From Octopus sinensis (lineage: Eukaryota): DNA of 29,805 nt. The notes under the pieces are model-generated. The model ran no database searches and was not told where the DNA came from. It saw nothing but the letters and a program-made list of their open reading frames with translations. How positions within the stretch are numbered: the stretch's first letter is position 1; every line of letters starts with the position of its first letter. A program made the translations under genes and the position numbers. Location of the stretch: contig NW_021832929.1 in NCBI RefSeq assembly GCF_006345805.1, forward strand, positions 1-29,805, written 5' to 3'. This document shows positions 1-10,229 of the stretch, piece after piece.

Positions 1-473
1 TTTTGCTCAGCCATTACCGTAGGCGGTCTTGAACTTGGCTTCGTAAAAACTGATATAAATTTTTGCGCTACCAGTATGGAATTATATAGCTTTCCATCTG
101 CGTTGTTCAAAACAGCGGGCATTCGTTGAAGAATAGTGATACACATACATATATTGATGACAAGGTATCGCTTTCCGAATCCCAGAGCTTTGGTGAGCAC
201 AAATTTAGAATTGGATAACTAGAATACGTTTTATTGCGCTGCATAACAGGAAAAGCAAATTTCGGCGTTAGCAAGAATTAAGGAATATGTTTTTAGTGTT
301 TGTTATATTAAAGTGTTGGAAACAGAGCCGGTCAAAACAAAACGAACATTCCCACTCCCAAACGTGCATGCTCACACACACGAACGTTCACACACGTAAA
401 CTCACACACACACACACACTGCATACCACGCATGCCCGCGTACATAGAAAAGATAAATTATATTCGTCTGTCG

Positions 474-707
474 ATAGGCGGCGAGCTGGCAGAACCGTTA
501 GCGCACCGGACGAAATGCTTAGCGGTATTTCGTCTGCCGCTACGTTCTGAGTTCAAATTCCGCCGAGGTCGACTTTGCCTTTCATCCTTTCGGGGTCGAT
601 AAATAAAGTACCAGTTCCGCATTGGGGTCGATGTAATCGACTTAATACCTATGTCTGTCCTTGTTTGTCCCCTCTGTGTTTAGCCCCTTGTGGGTAGTAA
701 AGAAATA
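474..707 (+). mobile_element. tRNA-headed SINE, family A (working name), full length
   Basis: A-box-like GAGCTGGCAGAACCG and B-box-like GAGTTCAAATTCC. Exact 15-bp TSD TATATTCGTCTGTCG at 459-473 and 708-722. Paralogs at 4792, 6417 and 19621. Confidence 0.92.
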
Positions 708-789
708 TATATTCGTCTGTCGGAGCGATGAGACCCATGGGGCCATCCTTAAAGATGGCTGATGCCTTGCCCAATGACTTTATTTAAAG

Positions 790-1114
790 CAGTGGTTCTC
801 AACTGTGGACCATATGGCCTCTAGGGGTCCATATAAGATTTTTGTGGAGGTTCACACAGCAAAATAGTAAAATGAAGATCTGCAATATTATTTTAAGGAC
901 CCCCTGAACAAATTTTGCTTTAGATATATGTATTGGTTATGTATTGCAAGAAACAGCTGGGTTTCTTTCTATAACATTAACACAAGTTAATGTGTGGAAA
1001 ATAAAATAGGAATTTTCAAAAAACGTTTTTATGAAACTAGTTTTGAAACATCGGATAGCTTGTGGGGGGGGGGATCAGAATGAAATAGTAATCAAAGCGG
1101 TCTATAGGTAAAAA
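790..1114 (+). mobile_element. hAT/Charlie-like non-autonomous DNA transposon, right end missing
   Basis: Starts CAGTGGTTCTCAAC, similar to Charlie/MER5-type TIRs. Colinear with a second copy at 29585-29805. No matching right TIR found; the copy is cut off by a SINE-B fragment. Confidence 0.6.
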
Positions 1115-1471
1115 AACACACCAACATCGACTGTCAAGCGATGGTGGGGGAAACACATACACAAACATACACACACATTCATTTACATATATATGTACAT
1201 ATGTATGTATGTATGTGTATGTAAGTATCTTATTTATATCCTTTCGTATGTTCTACTGAAGAGGAAAGAATCTTTTATGAGATTAATTCTGAAATTGATT
1301 CAATATAGAAATAACGAACTTTTTAAAACATTCTATCGGCCGGCTTGCCCGATTTCAGTTCTTCGGTTTTTTTCTGTAGCGAGTAAATTATATGTGGAAA
1401 TTGACGATTTAATAGTCTGTTATAAGCATATTGGCATTGAAATAATTTTCTTTAGCCCTTACTTATAAGTT

Positions 1472-1513
<42 letters not shown>

Positions 1514-1689
1514 ATATATATATATATATATTATATACGACGGGCTTCTTTCAGTTTTCGTCCACCAAATCCACTCACAAAGGTTTGGTCGGCCCGAGTC
1601 TATATTGAAGACACTTGCTTAAGGTGTCTCTGAACCCGGAACCAAGTGTTTGATAATCAAGCTTCTTACCACACAGCCACGCCCGCGCC
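1115..1689 (-). mobile_element. SINE family B, split: head and central domain 1538-1689, 3'-half fragment about 1115-1190, separated by TA-rich sequence
   Basis: Matches the full-length copy at 8064-8490 (GTGGCTGTGTGGTAAG...GAAAGAAGCCCGTCG; CACCAACATCG..TGTCAAGC). Confidence 0.75.
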
Positions 1690-1700
1690 CATGTACATAG

Positions 1701-2087
1701 GGATGGAAGCACTCCGTCGGTAACGACGATGAGGGTTCCGGTTGATCCGAATCAACGGAACAGCCTGCTCGTGAAATTAACGTGTAAGTGGCTGAGCACT
1801 CCACAGACACGTGTACACTTAACGTTGTTCTCGGGGATATTCAGCGTGACACAGAGAGTGACAAGGCCGGCCCTTTGAAATACAGGTACCAACAGAAACA
1901 GGAGTAAGTGTGAGAGAAGTTGTGGTGAAAGCGTACAGCAGGGATCACACCATCCCTGCCGGAGCCTCGTGGAGCTTTTTTAGGTGTTTTCGCTCAATAA
2001 ACACTCACAACGCCCGGTCTGGGAATCGAAACCGCGATCCTATGACCGCGAGTCCGCTGCCCTAACCACTGGGCCATTGCGCCTCCA
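1701..2087 (-). mobile_element. tRNA-headed SINE, family C, full length
   Basis: Head GGAGGCGCAATGGCCCAGTGGTTAGGG...GGTTTCGATTCCC on the minus strand. Exact 13-bp TSD CCCATGTACATAG at 1688-1700 and 2088-2100. Confidence 0.92.
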
Positions 2088-2154
2088 CCCATGTACATAG
2101 ACTACATACATAAAAGTACATCGTTAATGTCGCTTATATTTCTTTAAAGATAAC

Positions 2155-2475
2155 TTTAATAGCCTCCTTGGCTGGCCAACTGTGGCTGGCTGGCTGGTTT
2201 GTTGGGTTGTTGGTGGTTTGTTGTTGTTTGGTTGACTGAAAGAGTAGGTCAGATGGCTGGTTTGTACCCCGTTCTCTGTTGACTAAAATGGGGTTGGTGG
2301 TGACGAGGTAAATTGTTGTCGCTGTATGGTCCGAGCAGGTATGTGGTTTTTGCTCGTTTCCGTGAGAATATGGTGAAACAATGAGAAGGGAAATGAAAAT
2401 ATTTCTGTGCTTGGTTGGATGGGAGAATTTTAATTCGATATTTCCACCTGAAAGACTTGCGGATACATATATTAG
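2155..2475 (-). repeat. Unclassified ~320-bp dispersed repeat, copy 1 (inverted relative to 5852-6167)
   Basis: The reverse complement aligns with 5852-6167 (CTAATATATGT.TC.GCAAGTCTTTCAGGTG...TCAACAGAGAACG.GGTACAAAC). Both ORF translations share [25 protein letters not shown]. Confidence 0.85.
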
Positions 2476-2479
2476 GGGC

Positions 2480-2880
2480 GCGCATATGTATCTGTGTGTG
2501 TGTGTGTGTTGTGTGTGTGTGTGTGTGTGTGTGTTTGTGTATGTGTATTTGTGTATGTATGTGTGTGTGTGTTTGTGTATGTATCTGTGTGTGCGTGCGT
2601 GTATGTGTGTGTATGTGTGCGCGTGCATGTATGCGTGCGTGCATGTGTATGTTTGTGTGCTGCGCGCGCGCGTATGTCTGTATGTGCGTGTGTGTGTATG
2701 TGTGCGTGTGTGTGTATGTGTGCGTGTGTGTGTATGCATGTGTGTGTATGCGTGTGTGTGTGTGCGTGCGTGTGTGCGTGCGTGTGTGCATGCGTATGCG
2801 TATATGCATGTATACACGCATGTATATATATATATTTATACATTTGTATGTATGTATATATGTACGTATATTTGTATGCA
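2480..2880. repeat. Compound (TG/CG/TA)n microsatellite
   Basis: Directly visible dinucleotide tract. Confidence 0.97.
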
Positions 2881-2882
2881 TA

Positions 2883-3168
2883 TTCTTTTATTCTTTTCAC
2901 TCGTTTGACTGCGGCCATGCTGGAACACCACTTTAAGAGGTTTCATCGAACAAATAAACCCCAGTGTAGCACTTATTTTATCAGTCTCTTTTGCCGAACC
3001 GCTACGTTACAGGGACGTAAACACCAACATTGGTTGTCAAGCGGTGATAGGCGGGGGACAAACGCAGACACAGATACACACACATGTATTTATATACATA
3101 TACGACGGGCTTGTTTGAGTCTCCGTCTCTCAAATCCACTCACAAAGCTTTGGTCGGCCCAAGGCTAT
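2883..3168 (-). mobile_element. SINE-B, 5'-truncated
   Basis: Tail TTTGACTGCGGCCATGCTGG through central domain CAAATCCACTCACAAAGC. Ends where the CR1 fragment tail begins. Confidence 0.85.
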
Positions 3169-3515
3169 AAATCCTTAAATCCTTAAAAATGTTTTAGCCC
3201 GAAGTCCGCGACCATGCTGGGGCACCACCGCTGAATGAGCTACACTAATATGTGAATCCACCTCTGATACGTGGCACTTGGTCAACAAGGGAGTTCGATG
3301 CCGCTGCCCGCATCTGTGTCTCCTGCCGTGAGGTAGGTTCATCTGGGACCCCCGACAAGAAGAGATCCAGTTTAGTTTTAAAGAAATCCACACAATGCAA
3401 GTCTCTCAGGCATTTAGGGAGGATGTTAAAGAGCTGTGGTCCTCTGAAACCCAAGCTGTTGCAGTATCTGGTCCTGTGACATTTGTCCAAGGTGCTACGC
3501 TTTGGAACCGCATGT
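3168..3515 (-). mobile_element. CR1-clade LINE 3' fragment (ORF2 C-terminus, 3' UTR and octamer tail)
   Basis: Translates NSLGFRGPQLFNILPKCLRDL...FKTKLDLFLSGVPDEP...NSLVDQ, homologous to the ORF2 C-terminus of the 21.4-24.9 kb LINE. Ends in about 2.5 copies of TTTAAGGA. Confidence 0.85.
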
Positions 3516-3535
3516 CTATATTTATATATATTAGA

Positions 3536-3913
3536 GTAGCAGTATCGCCCGGCGTTGCTCGGGTTTTTAAAGGGAAATAACTATATATGCATTTTTAGAG
3601 ATGTAAAGTATAATAGCCATCTCAATATGGCTAACCACAAAGGGGGGTGTTACTGTAGCTTTTTACGTTCTGAGATTTAATAATACATTTTTAGAGAGTT
3701 ACTTCCCTTATATAATAGCAAAACTGCATTAAAAATGGGAAAAAATGATGGTAATTTTTTTTTTAAATCGTAGACTTATCGATATGAAGGGCTCGATATG
3801 AATCACGACTATAAGATACCCGCTTTTGGTTACACTGCACCGCAAAATGTGGGAGTAGTTAGGAATCTAAATCGTAGGACACAGACACACAACTTCACTT
3901 TTATATATAAAGA
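3536..3913 (-). mobile_element. Non-autonomous Helitron, copy 1
   Basis: A|TC 5' end, subterminal hairpin CCCGAGCAACGCCGGG, 3' end CTAC|T (CTAG variant). Homologous to 18485-18844. Confidence 0.82.
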
Positions 3914-4301
3914 TGTACCTAGCGTGACCAGAGGCGTCACAACCACTTCACATTGAAAATGTCAATGCGCGGCGGGAAAGGAAAAAAAGTATTGTTTCGA
4001 TATTCATGCAATAAAATTCATAAATAACACAGTTCTCCTTTCTTTGGTGTCGCAACATAAACATAACCAAGCGTTTCTTCTTTAGAAACGTTCAAATGGC
4101 CTTCATTTTCAAATGGCCTTTCTTCGTACATATTATTGTTGTGTGTGTGTAAAACACAAGTTAAAATAGTGGTCATTACATATTTTTCCTGTATTGGAGC
4201 AAATTTACCTAACAGTTGTTTCGAGTAATCATTATAGGTAAATTATTGATAGCTTCATTCAATTGGTCTATTGATCAACTGAGAAAAATTGACTTAGCTA
4301 T

Positions 4302-4727
4302 TCTCTTTACTCTTTTACTTGTTTCAGTCATTTGACTGCGGCCATGCTGGAGCACCGCCTTTAATCGAGCAACTCGACCCCGGGACTTATTCTTTTGTAA
4401 ACCCAGTACTTATTCTATCGGTCTCTTTTGCCGAACCGCTAAGTGACGGGAACATAAACACACCAGCATCGGTTGTCAAGCAATGCTAGGGGGACAAAGA
4501 CAGACACACATACATACATGCATATATATATATTTATATATATATATATTTATATATATATATACGACGGGCTTCTTTTCAGTTTCCGTCTACCAAATCC
4601 ACTCACAAGGCTTTGGTCGGCCCGAGGCTATAGTAGAAGACACTTGCCCAAGGTGCCACACAGAGGGACTGAACCAGGAACCATGTGGTTGGTAAACAAG
4701 CTACTTACCACACAGCCACTCTTGCAC
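4302..4727 (-). mobile_element. SINE-B, full length, with internal (TA)n/(CA)n
   Basis: Complete head-to-tail match to the family. Flanked by a 34/33-bp direct repeat at 4268-4301 and 4728-4760. Confidence 0.93.
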
Positions 4728-4756
4728 CTATTGATCAACTGAGAAAATTGACTTAG

Positions 4757-4791
<35 letters not shown>

Positions 4792-4796
<5 letters not shown>

Positions 4797-5010
4797 CTTT
4801 ACTACCCACAAGGGGCTAAACACAGAGGGGACAAACAAGGACAGACAAAGGGATTAAGTCGATTATATCGACCCCAGTGCGTAACTGGTACTTAATTTAT
4901 CTACCCCGAAAGGATGAAAGGCAAAGTCGACCTCGGCGGAATTTGAACTCAGAATGTAACGGCAGATGAAATACGGCTACGCATTTCGCCCGGCATGCTA
5001 ACGTGTCTGC
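4792..5010 (-). mobile_element. SINE-A, nearly full length
   Basis: Reverse complement of 474-707, lacking about 10 nt of the head. The tail abuts a (TA)n tract. Confidence 0.9.
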
Positions 5011-5233
5011 ACATACTGACTCTGCAATTATACATTTTACACTGTAGCCCTTCGAAACTTTGACACAACATACAGCTACACTCTCCACCACATTTGTGAA
5101 CGTTAAGGGGTCCGTAGACTTTAAAATGGAAACCACTGGAAAAAAACCTGAAGGCTGGTATCACAGCATGTCCGCTGTCCAGTAACTGGAACGAAAATAA
5201 ATGACCACATATGCACACTCACACATAGACAAC

Positions 5234-5241
5234 CCTATCTA

Positions 5242-5283
<42 letters not shown>

Positions 5284-5589
5284 AGTCTGTCTGTCTCTCT
5301 GTCTATCTATCTATCTATCAGTCTGTCTGTCTATCTGTCTGTCTATCTGTCTATCTATCTGTCTATCTGTCTGTCTGTCTATCTATCTGCCTGTCTATCT
5401 ATTTGTCTATCTATCTGTCTATCTATCTGTCTGTCTCTCTGTCTGTCTATCTGTCTGTCTATCTGTCTATCTATCTGTCTATCTGTTTGTCTGTCTATCT
5501 ATCTGCTTGTCTATCTATTTGTCTATCTATCTGTCTATCTATCTGTCTATCAGTCTATATATCTGTCTATCTATCTGTCTATCTACCTG

Positions 5590-5684
<95 letters not shown>

Positions 5685-5705
5685 GTCTATCTATCTATCT
5701 ATCTG

Positions 5706-5753
<48 letters not shown>

Positions 5754-5772
5754 GCACCTATGTCTGTCAATT

Positions 5773-5852
<80 letters not shown>
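5234..5852. repeat. (CTAT/CTGT)n followed by (CT)n microsatellite
   Basis: Directly visible. Confidence 0.97.
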
Positions 5853-5854
<2 letters not shown>

Positions 5855-6167
5855 ATATATGTGTCTGCAAGTCTTTCAGGTGTAAATATTAAATTAAAAT
5901 TTTCTCATCCAACCAAGCACAGAAATATTTTCACTTCCCTTATTGTTTCACCATATTCTCACGGAAACCAGCCAAGGCACATACCTCCTCGATCACACAG
6001 CGACGGCATTCTACCACGTTACCACCAACCCCACTTCAGTCAACAGAGAACGAGGTACAAACTAGCCACTTAATCTACCCTATCGACCAACCAGCCACCC
6101 AACCACTCTGTCAACCTGTCAGCCATTCAGTATGCGAGCCCCTTCGCCGGACCACCAACCTATTAAA
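5852..6167 (+). repeat. Unclassified ~320-bp dispersed repeat, copy 2
   Basis: Inverted partner of 2155-2475. Confidence 0.85.
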
Positions 6168-6245
6168 ATTCAATCAAACGAAACAGCTTGCTCAGGATAT
6201 TTGCGTACAAGTGGTTGAGTATTCCACAGACACGTGTATCCTTAA

Positions 6246-7245
6246 CCATTTAGTGTTCAGATTACCCTGTTAGATGTAATATTTTTTCGCTCAAATTGTT
6301 TTGAATTAATCATGCATTATGTTATAGCTTTGAGGTTTCAATGATGTGATTGTTTATTTTTAGAATGACATAGTAGGTTAGGTGTGAGAGGCTAGATATG
6401 GCTAGTTTGAATATAAGGCGGCAAGCTGGCAGAAACGTTAGCACGTCGGGCGAAATGCTTAGCTACGTTCTGAGTTCAAATTCCGCCGAGGTCGACTTTG
6501 CCTTTCATCCTTTCGGGGTCGATAAATTAAGTACCAGTTACGCACTTGGGTCGATATAATCGACTTAATCCGTTTGTCTGTCCTTGTTTGTCCTCTCTGC
6601 GTTTAGCCCCTTGTGGGTAGTAAAGAAATAGGTATTTCTTTTGTCGCTATGTTCTGAGTTCAAATTCCGCCGAGGTCGACTTTGCCTTTCATCCTTTCGG
6701 GGTCGATAAATTAAGTACCAGTTACGCACTGGGGTCGATATAATCGACTTAATCCCTTTGTCTGTCTTTGTTTGTCCTCTCTGCGTTTAGCCCCTTGTGG
6801 GTAGTAAAGAAATAGGTATTTCTTTTGTCGCTATGTTCTGAGTTCAAATTCCGCCGAGGTCGACTTTGCCTTTCATCCTTTCGGGGTCGATAAATTAAGT
6901 ACCAGTTACGCACTGGGGTCGATATAATCGACTTAATCCCTTTGTCTGTCTTTGTTTGTCCTCTCTGCGTTTAGCCCCTTGTGGGTAGTAAAGAAATAGG
7001 TATTTCTTTTGTCGCTATGTTCTGAGTTCAAATTCCGCCGAGGTCGACTTTGCCTTTCATCCTTTCGGGGTCGATGAATTAAGTACTAGTTACGCACTGG
7101 GGTCGATATAATCGACTTAATCCCTTTGTCTGTCCTTGTTTGTCCTCTCTGTGTTTAGCCCCTTGTGGGTAGTAAAGAAATATAGTTTGAATATAAAACA
7201 TGTAGAATATTTGGGCCAGATATGACCGGTTTAAATAGTAAAGGG
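6246..7245. mobile_element. piggyBac-like MITE (about 220 bp once the nested SINE array is removed)
   Basis: TTAA duplicated at 6242-6245 and 7246-7249, while the paralogous SINE has a single TTAA (1819-1822). Imperfect TIRs CCATTTAGTGTTCAG / CCCTTTACTATTTAA. Confidence 0.8.
6417..7182 (+). mobile_element. SINE-A tetramer: headed unit 6417-6630 plus three 184-bp headless units starting at 6631, 6815 and 6999
   Basis: Exact 184-bp period. One 14-bp TSD, TAGTTTGAATATAA (6403-6416 and 7183-7196), brackets the whole array. Confidence 0.93.
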
Positions 7246-7502
7246 TTAACGTAGTTCGCCGGGAGATTCAGTGTGACACAGAGTGTGACAAGACTGGCCC
7301 CTTGAAATACAGGTACAAGTCATCTTTGCCAGCTGAATGAACTGGATCAACGTGAAATAAAATGTCTTGCTTAAGGATACAAAGCACCGCCCTGAATCGA
7401 ACCCACGACCTTACGATAGTGAGACGAATACCCTTACCTCTAAGCCATGCGCATTCACCATCGAAGAAATATAAGAAATATTATGACAAACTTAGTCTTA
7501 CA

Positions 7503-7590
7503 TCTTTTATTTGTTTCAGTTATTGAACTGCGGTCATGCTGGGGCACCGCCTTGAAAGGTTTCATTCGAAGAAATCGACCTCAATACTTA
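7503..7590 (-). mobile_element. SINE-B tail fragment
   Basis: TTGTTTCAGTTATTGAACTGCGGTCATGCTGGGGCACCGCC. Confidence 0.75.
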
Positions 7591-7800
7591 GTTAGTTAGT
7601 TAATTTGGCTCAACAGCAAATAGCAAGGCCATGTAGGGGGACATGGAGTTAAGTACAGGGTGGTGTTCTTGTAAAGAGTTCAGGCCACTTGAGGTCAAGG
7701 GAGGCTTTGAACAAAGCGGTCGTCGGCATCTTCACCATCTCGTCTGGCAGCTTGTTCCACGGATCCGCAACCCGGACGGAGAAAGCTCCTCTCCTTCGAT
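7588..7800 (-). mobile_element. CR1/L2-type LINE 3' fragment with (CTAA)n tail
   Basis: Translates RRGAFSVRVADPWNKLPDEMVKMPTTALFKASLD, the R..FS.RV...WN.LP...FK..LD C-terminal motif of CR1-group ORF2. Short tandem tail at 7588-7603. Confidence 0.82.
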
Positions 7801-7803
7801 TGA

Positions 7804-8032
7804 GGGCGCATGGCTTAGTGGTCAAGGTGTTGCAGTTACGATCGCGAGATCGTGGTTTCAATTCCTAGACCGGGTGGCGCGCTGTGTTCTTGAGCACAAC
7901 ACTTCAGAAACGACTGATAGAATAATAGGCTTAAACAATGTAAGTCCAAGGGGGTCGATGTCTTCAACTAAAAGCCTTCGAGGCGGTGCTCCAGGATGGC
8001 CACAGTCAAATGACTGAAACAAGTAAAAGAAT
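7804..8032 (+). mobile_element. Chimeric SINE: group-C tRNA head (7804-7903) joined to a SINE-B 3' tail
   Basis: GGCGCATGGCTTAGTGGTCAAGG...GGTTTCAATTCC...TTCTTGAGCACAACACTT, then GACTGATAGAATAA...GGCGGTGCTCCAGGATGGCCACAGTCAAATGACTGAAACAAGTAAAAG. Confidence 0.7.
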
Positions 8033-8063
8033 ATATATCGCGTGTGTGTGTATTTATGTCGTA

Positions 8064-8234
8064 GGCGCAGGAGTGGCTGTGTGGTAAGTAGCTTGCTAAC
8101 CAACCACATGGTTCTGGGTTCAGTCCCACTGCGTGGCATCTTGGGCAAGTGTCTTCTGCTATAGCCCTGGGCCGACCAATGCCTTGTGAGTGGATTTGGT
8201 AGACGGAAACTGAAAGAAGCCTGTCGTATATATG

Positions 8235-8271
<37 letters not shown>

Positions 8272-8490
8272 TTGTGTGTCTGTGTTTGTCCCCCTAGCAT
8301 TGCTTGACATCCGATGCTGGTGTGTTTACGTCCCCGTCACTTAGCGGTTCGGCAAAAGAGACCGATAGAATAAGTACTGGGCTTACAAAAGAATAAGACC
8401 CGGGGTCGATTTGCTCGACTAAAAGGCGGTGCTCCAGCATGGCCGCAGTCAAATGACTGAAACAAGTAAAAGAGTAAAAGAGAGAGAGAG
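8064..8490 (+). mobile_element. SINE-B, full length (used as the reference copy)
   Basis: tRNA-like head GGCGCAGGAGTGGCTGTGTGGTAAG...GGGTTCAGTCCC, central domain, internal (TA)n(TG)n, 3' hairpin CAGTC-AAAT-GACTG and a tail of two GTAAAAGA. Confidence 0.93.
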
Positions 8491-8865
8491 TATACACATA
8501 AACATACATGGGCGTGAACGGGAACTGAGAGAATTATTGTGTGTGTGTGGTATGTATGTATGCATACGTATACACGCACAGAAATGCATAAGGACATATC
8601 TTCTGATTGGCTGAACTATCTCTTTATCTTTTCCCCCCCCTTATTTTCTCATGATCGTCTTTCCTTCTTAAATTCAGTGTGAATTCACAAATAAAACCAA
8701 ACAGACAACTGATAAAATCTTCGCATTCACTTCCTGCTGCTATTTCCTCCTTTCTATTTAGAAGATTTGCTATTTCTAACTTGCTAAACAGTTGCCCATC
8801 CTATGTAATCTGTACACTGGCTTTCCCGTGATTTCAACGTGTTACGTCCCATTATGACGACGTGT

Positions 8866-9990
8866 TTTGTTGTCTCTACGGGACTGGGTCCGAACAGCGT
8901 ACCTTCGTTGTTGTCTCCACGGGACTGGGTCCGAACAGCGTACCTTCGTTGTTGTCTCTACGGGGCTGGTCCCAACGGCGTACCTTCGTTGTTGTCTCTA
9001 CGGGACCGGTCCGAACGACGTACTTTCGTTGTTGACTCTACGGGACCGGTCCGAACAGCGTACCTTCGTTGTTGTCTCTACGGGACTGGTCCGAACAGCG
9101 TACTTTCGTTGTTGTCTCTACAGAACTGGGTCCGAACAGCGTACCTTCGTTGTTGTCTCTACGGGACCGGTCCGAACAGCGTACCTTCGTTGTTGTCTCT
9201 ACGGGACCGGTCCGAACGACGTACTTTCGTTGTTGACTCTACGGGACCGGTCCGAACGACGTACTTTCGTTGTTGACTCTACGGGACCGGTCCGAACAGC
9301 GTACCTTCGTTGTTGTCTCTACGGGACTGGTCCGAACAGCATACCTTCGTTGTTGTCTCTACGGAACTGGGTCCGAACAGCGTACCTTCGTTGTTGTCTC
9401 TACGGGACTGGTCCGAACAGCATACCTTCGTTGTTGTCTCTACGGAACTGGGTCCGAACAGCGTACCTTCGTTGTTGTCTCTACGGGACCGGTCCGAACA
9501 GCGTATCTTCGTTCTTGTCTCTATGGGACAGGTCCGAACAGCGTACCTTCGTTGTTGTCTCTACGGGACCGGTCCGAACAGCGTACCTTCGTTGTTGTCT
9601 CTACGGGACCGGTCCGAACAGCGTACCTTCGTTGTTGTCTCTACGGGACCGGTCCGAACAGCGTACCTTCGTTGTTGTCTCTACGGGACTGGTCCGAACA
9701 GCGTACCTTCGTTGTTGTCTCTATGGGACCGGTTCCAACGGCGTACCTTCGTTGTTGTCTCTACGGGACTGGTCCGAACAGCGTACCTTCGTTGTTGTCT
9801 CTACGGGACCGGTCCGAACAGCGTACCTTCGTTGTTGTCTCTACGGGACTGGTCCGAATGGCGTACTTTCGGTGTTGTCTCTACGGGACTGGTCCGAACA
9901 GCATACCTTCGTTGTTGTCTCTACGGGACCGGTCCGAACAGCGTACCTTCGTTGTTGTCTCTACGGGACCGGTCCGAACGGCGTACCTTC
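8866..9990. repeat. Minisatellite, 28 units of 40/41 bp (GTTGTTGTCTCTACGGGACCGGTCCGAACAGCGTACCTTC)
   Basis: Hand count gives 23 x 40 bp + 5 x 41 bp = 1125 bp. There are no variable spacers. Confidence 0.97.
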
Positions 9991-10229
9991 GCCGACCGAC
10001 CCTGCTGAAAATATATCAGTCCACTATTTATTAGTAGTGGACCAGCCCACTTCTCGCCTGGGAGTGTCCACCACAACAGAACGTAAAAATACATGCGTTC
10101 CAAAGGTTGTCCCTTTGTCCAATCCAGGGATTCTCAAACAGTTTTTTTTCCAATTGGACCCCTTTGATAGCTATTTTATTCGTCTAAAAACTCGAATCAT
10201 GCTTTTATGATTAAATATTATTAAGCTAT

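Larger units (their letters stand above)
6180..7459 (-). mobile_element. SINE of group C, split by an insertion at its TTAA (pieces 6180-6245 and 7250-7459)
   Basis: The rejoined pieces match 1757-1890 (CCACAGACACGTGTA..CTTAACGT.GTTC). tRNA-like head GCATGGCTTAGAGGTAAGG...GGGTTCGATTC at 7380-7459. Confidence 0.85.

Noticed and set aside
2134-3186. His/Thr-, Cys/Val- and Tyr/Ile-rich ORFs here and at 5201-6073, 12505-13050, 15736-16103 and 26661-27915
   Set aside because: These are translations of di- and tetranucleotide microsatellites.
6417-7182. SINE-A arrays as hammerhead retrozymes
   Set aside because: No CUGANGA core on either strand of the 184-bp unit.
10125-10200. CAGGGATTCTCAAAC as a third hAT-like end
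   Set aside because: No partner TIR or in-window paralog; too little support to list as a feature.
8839-10210. Long ORFs (up to 447 aa) and a CRISPR-like look over the 40-bp array
   Set aside because: The unit has no stop codon on the + strand in any frame, so the ORFs are automatic. Units are contiguous with no unique spacers, there are no cas genes, and the context is eukaryotic.
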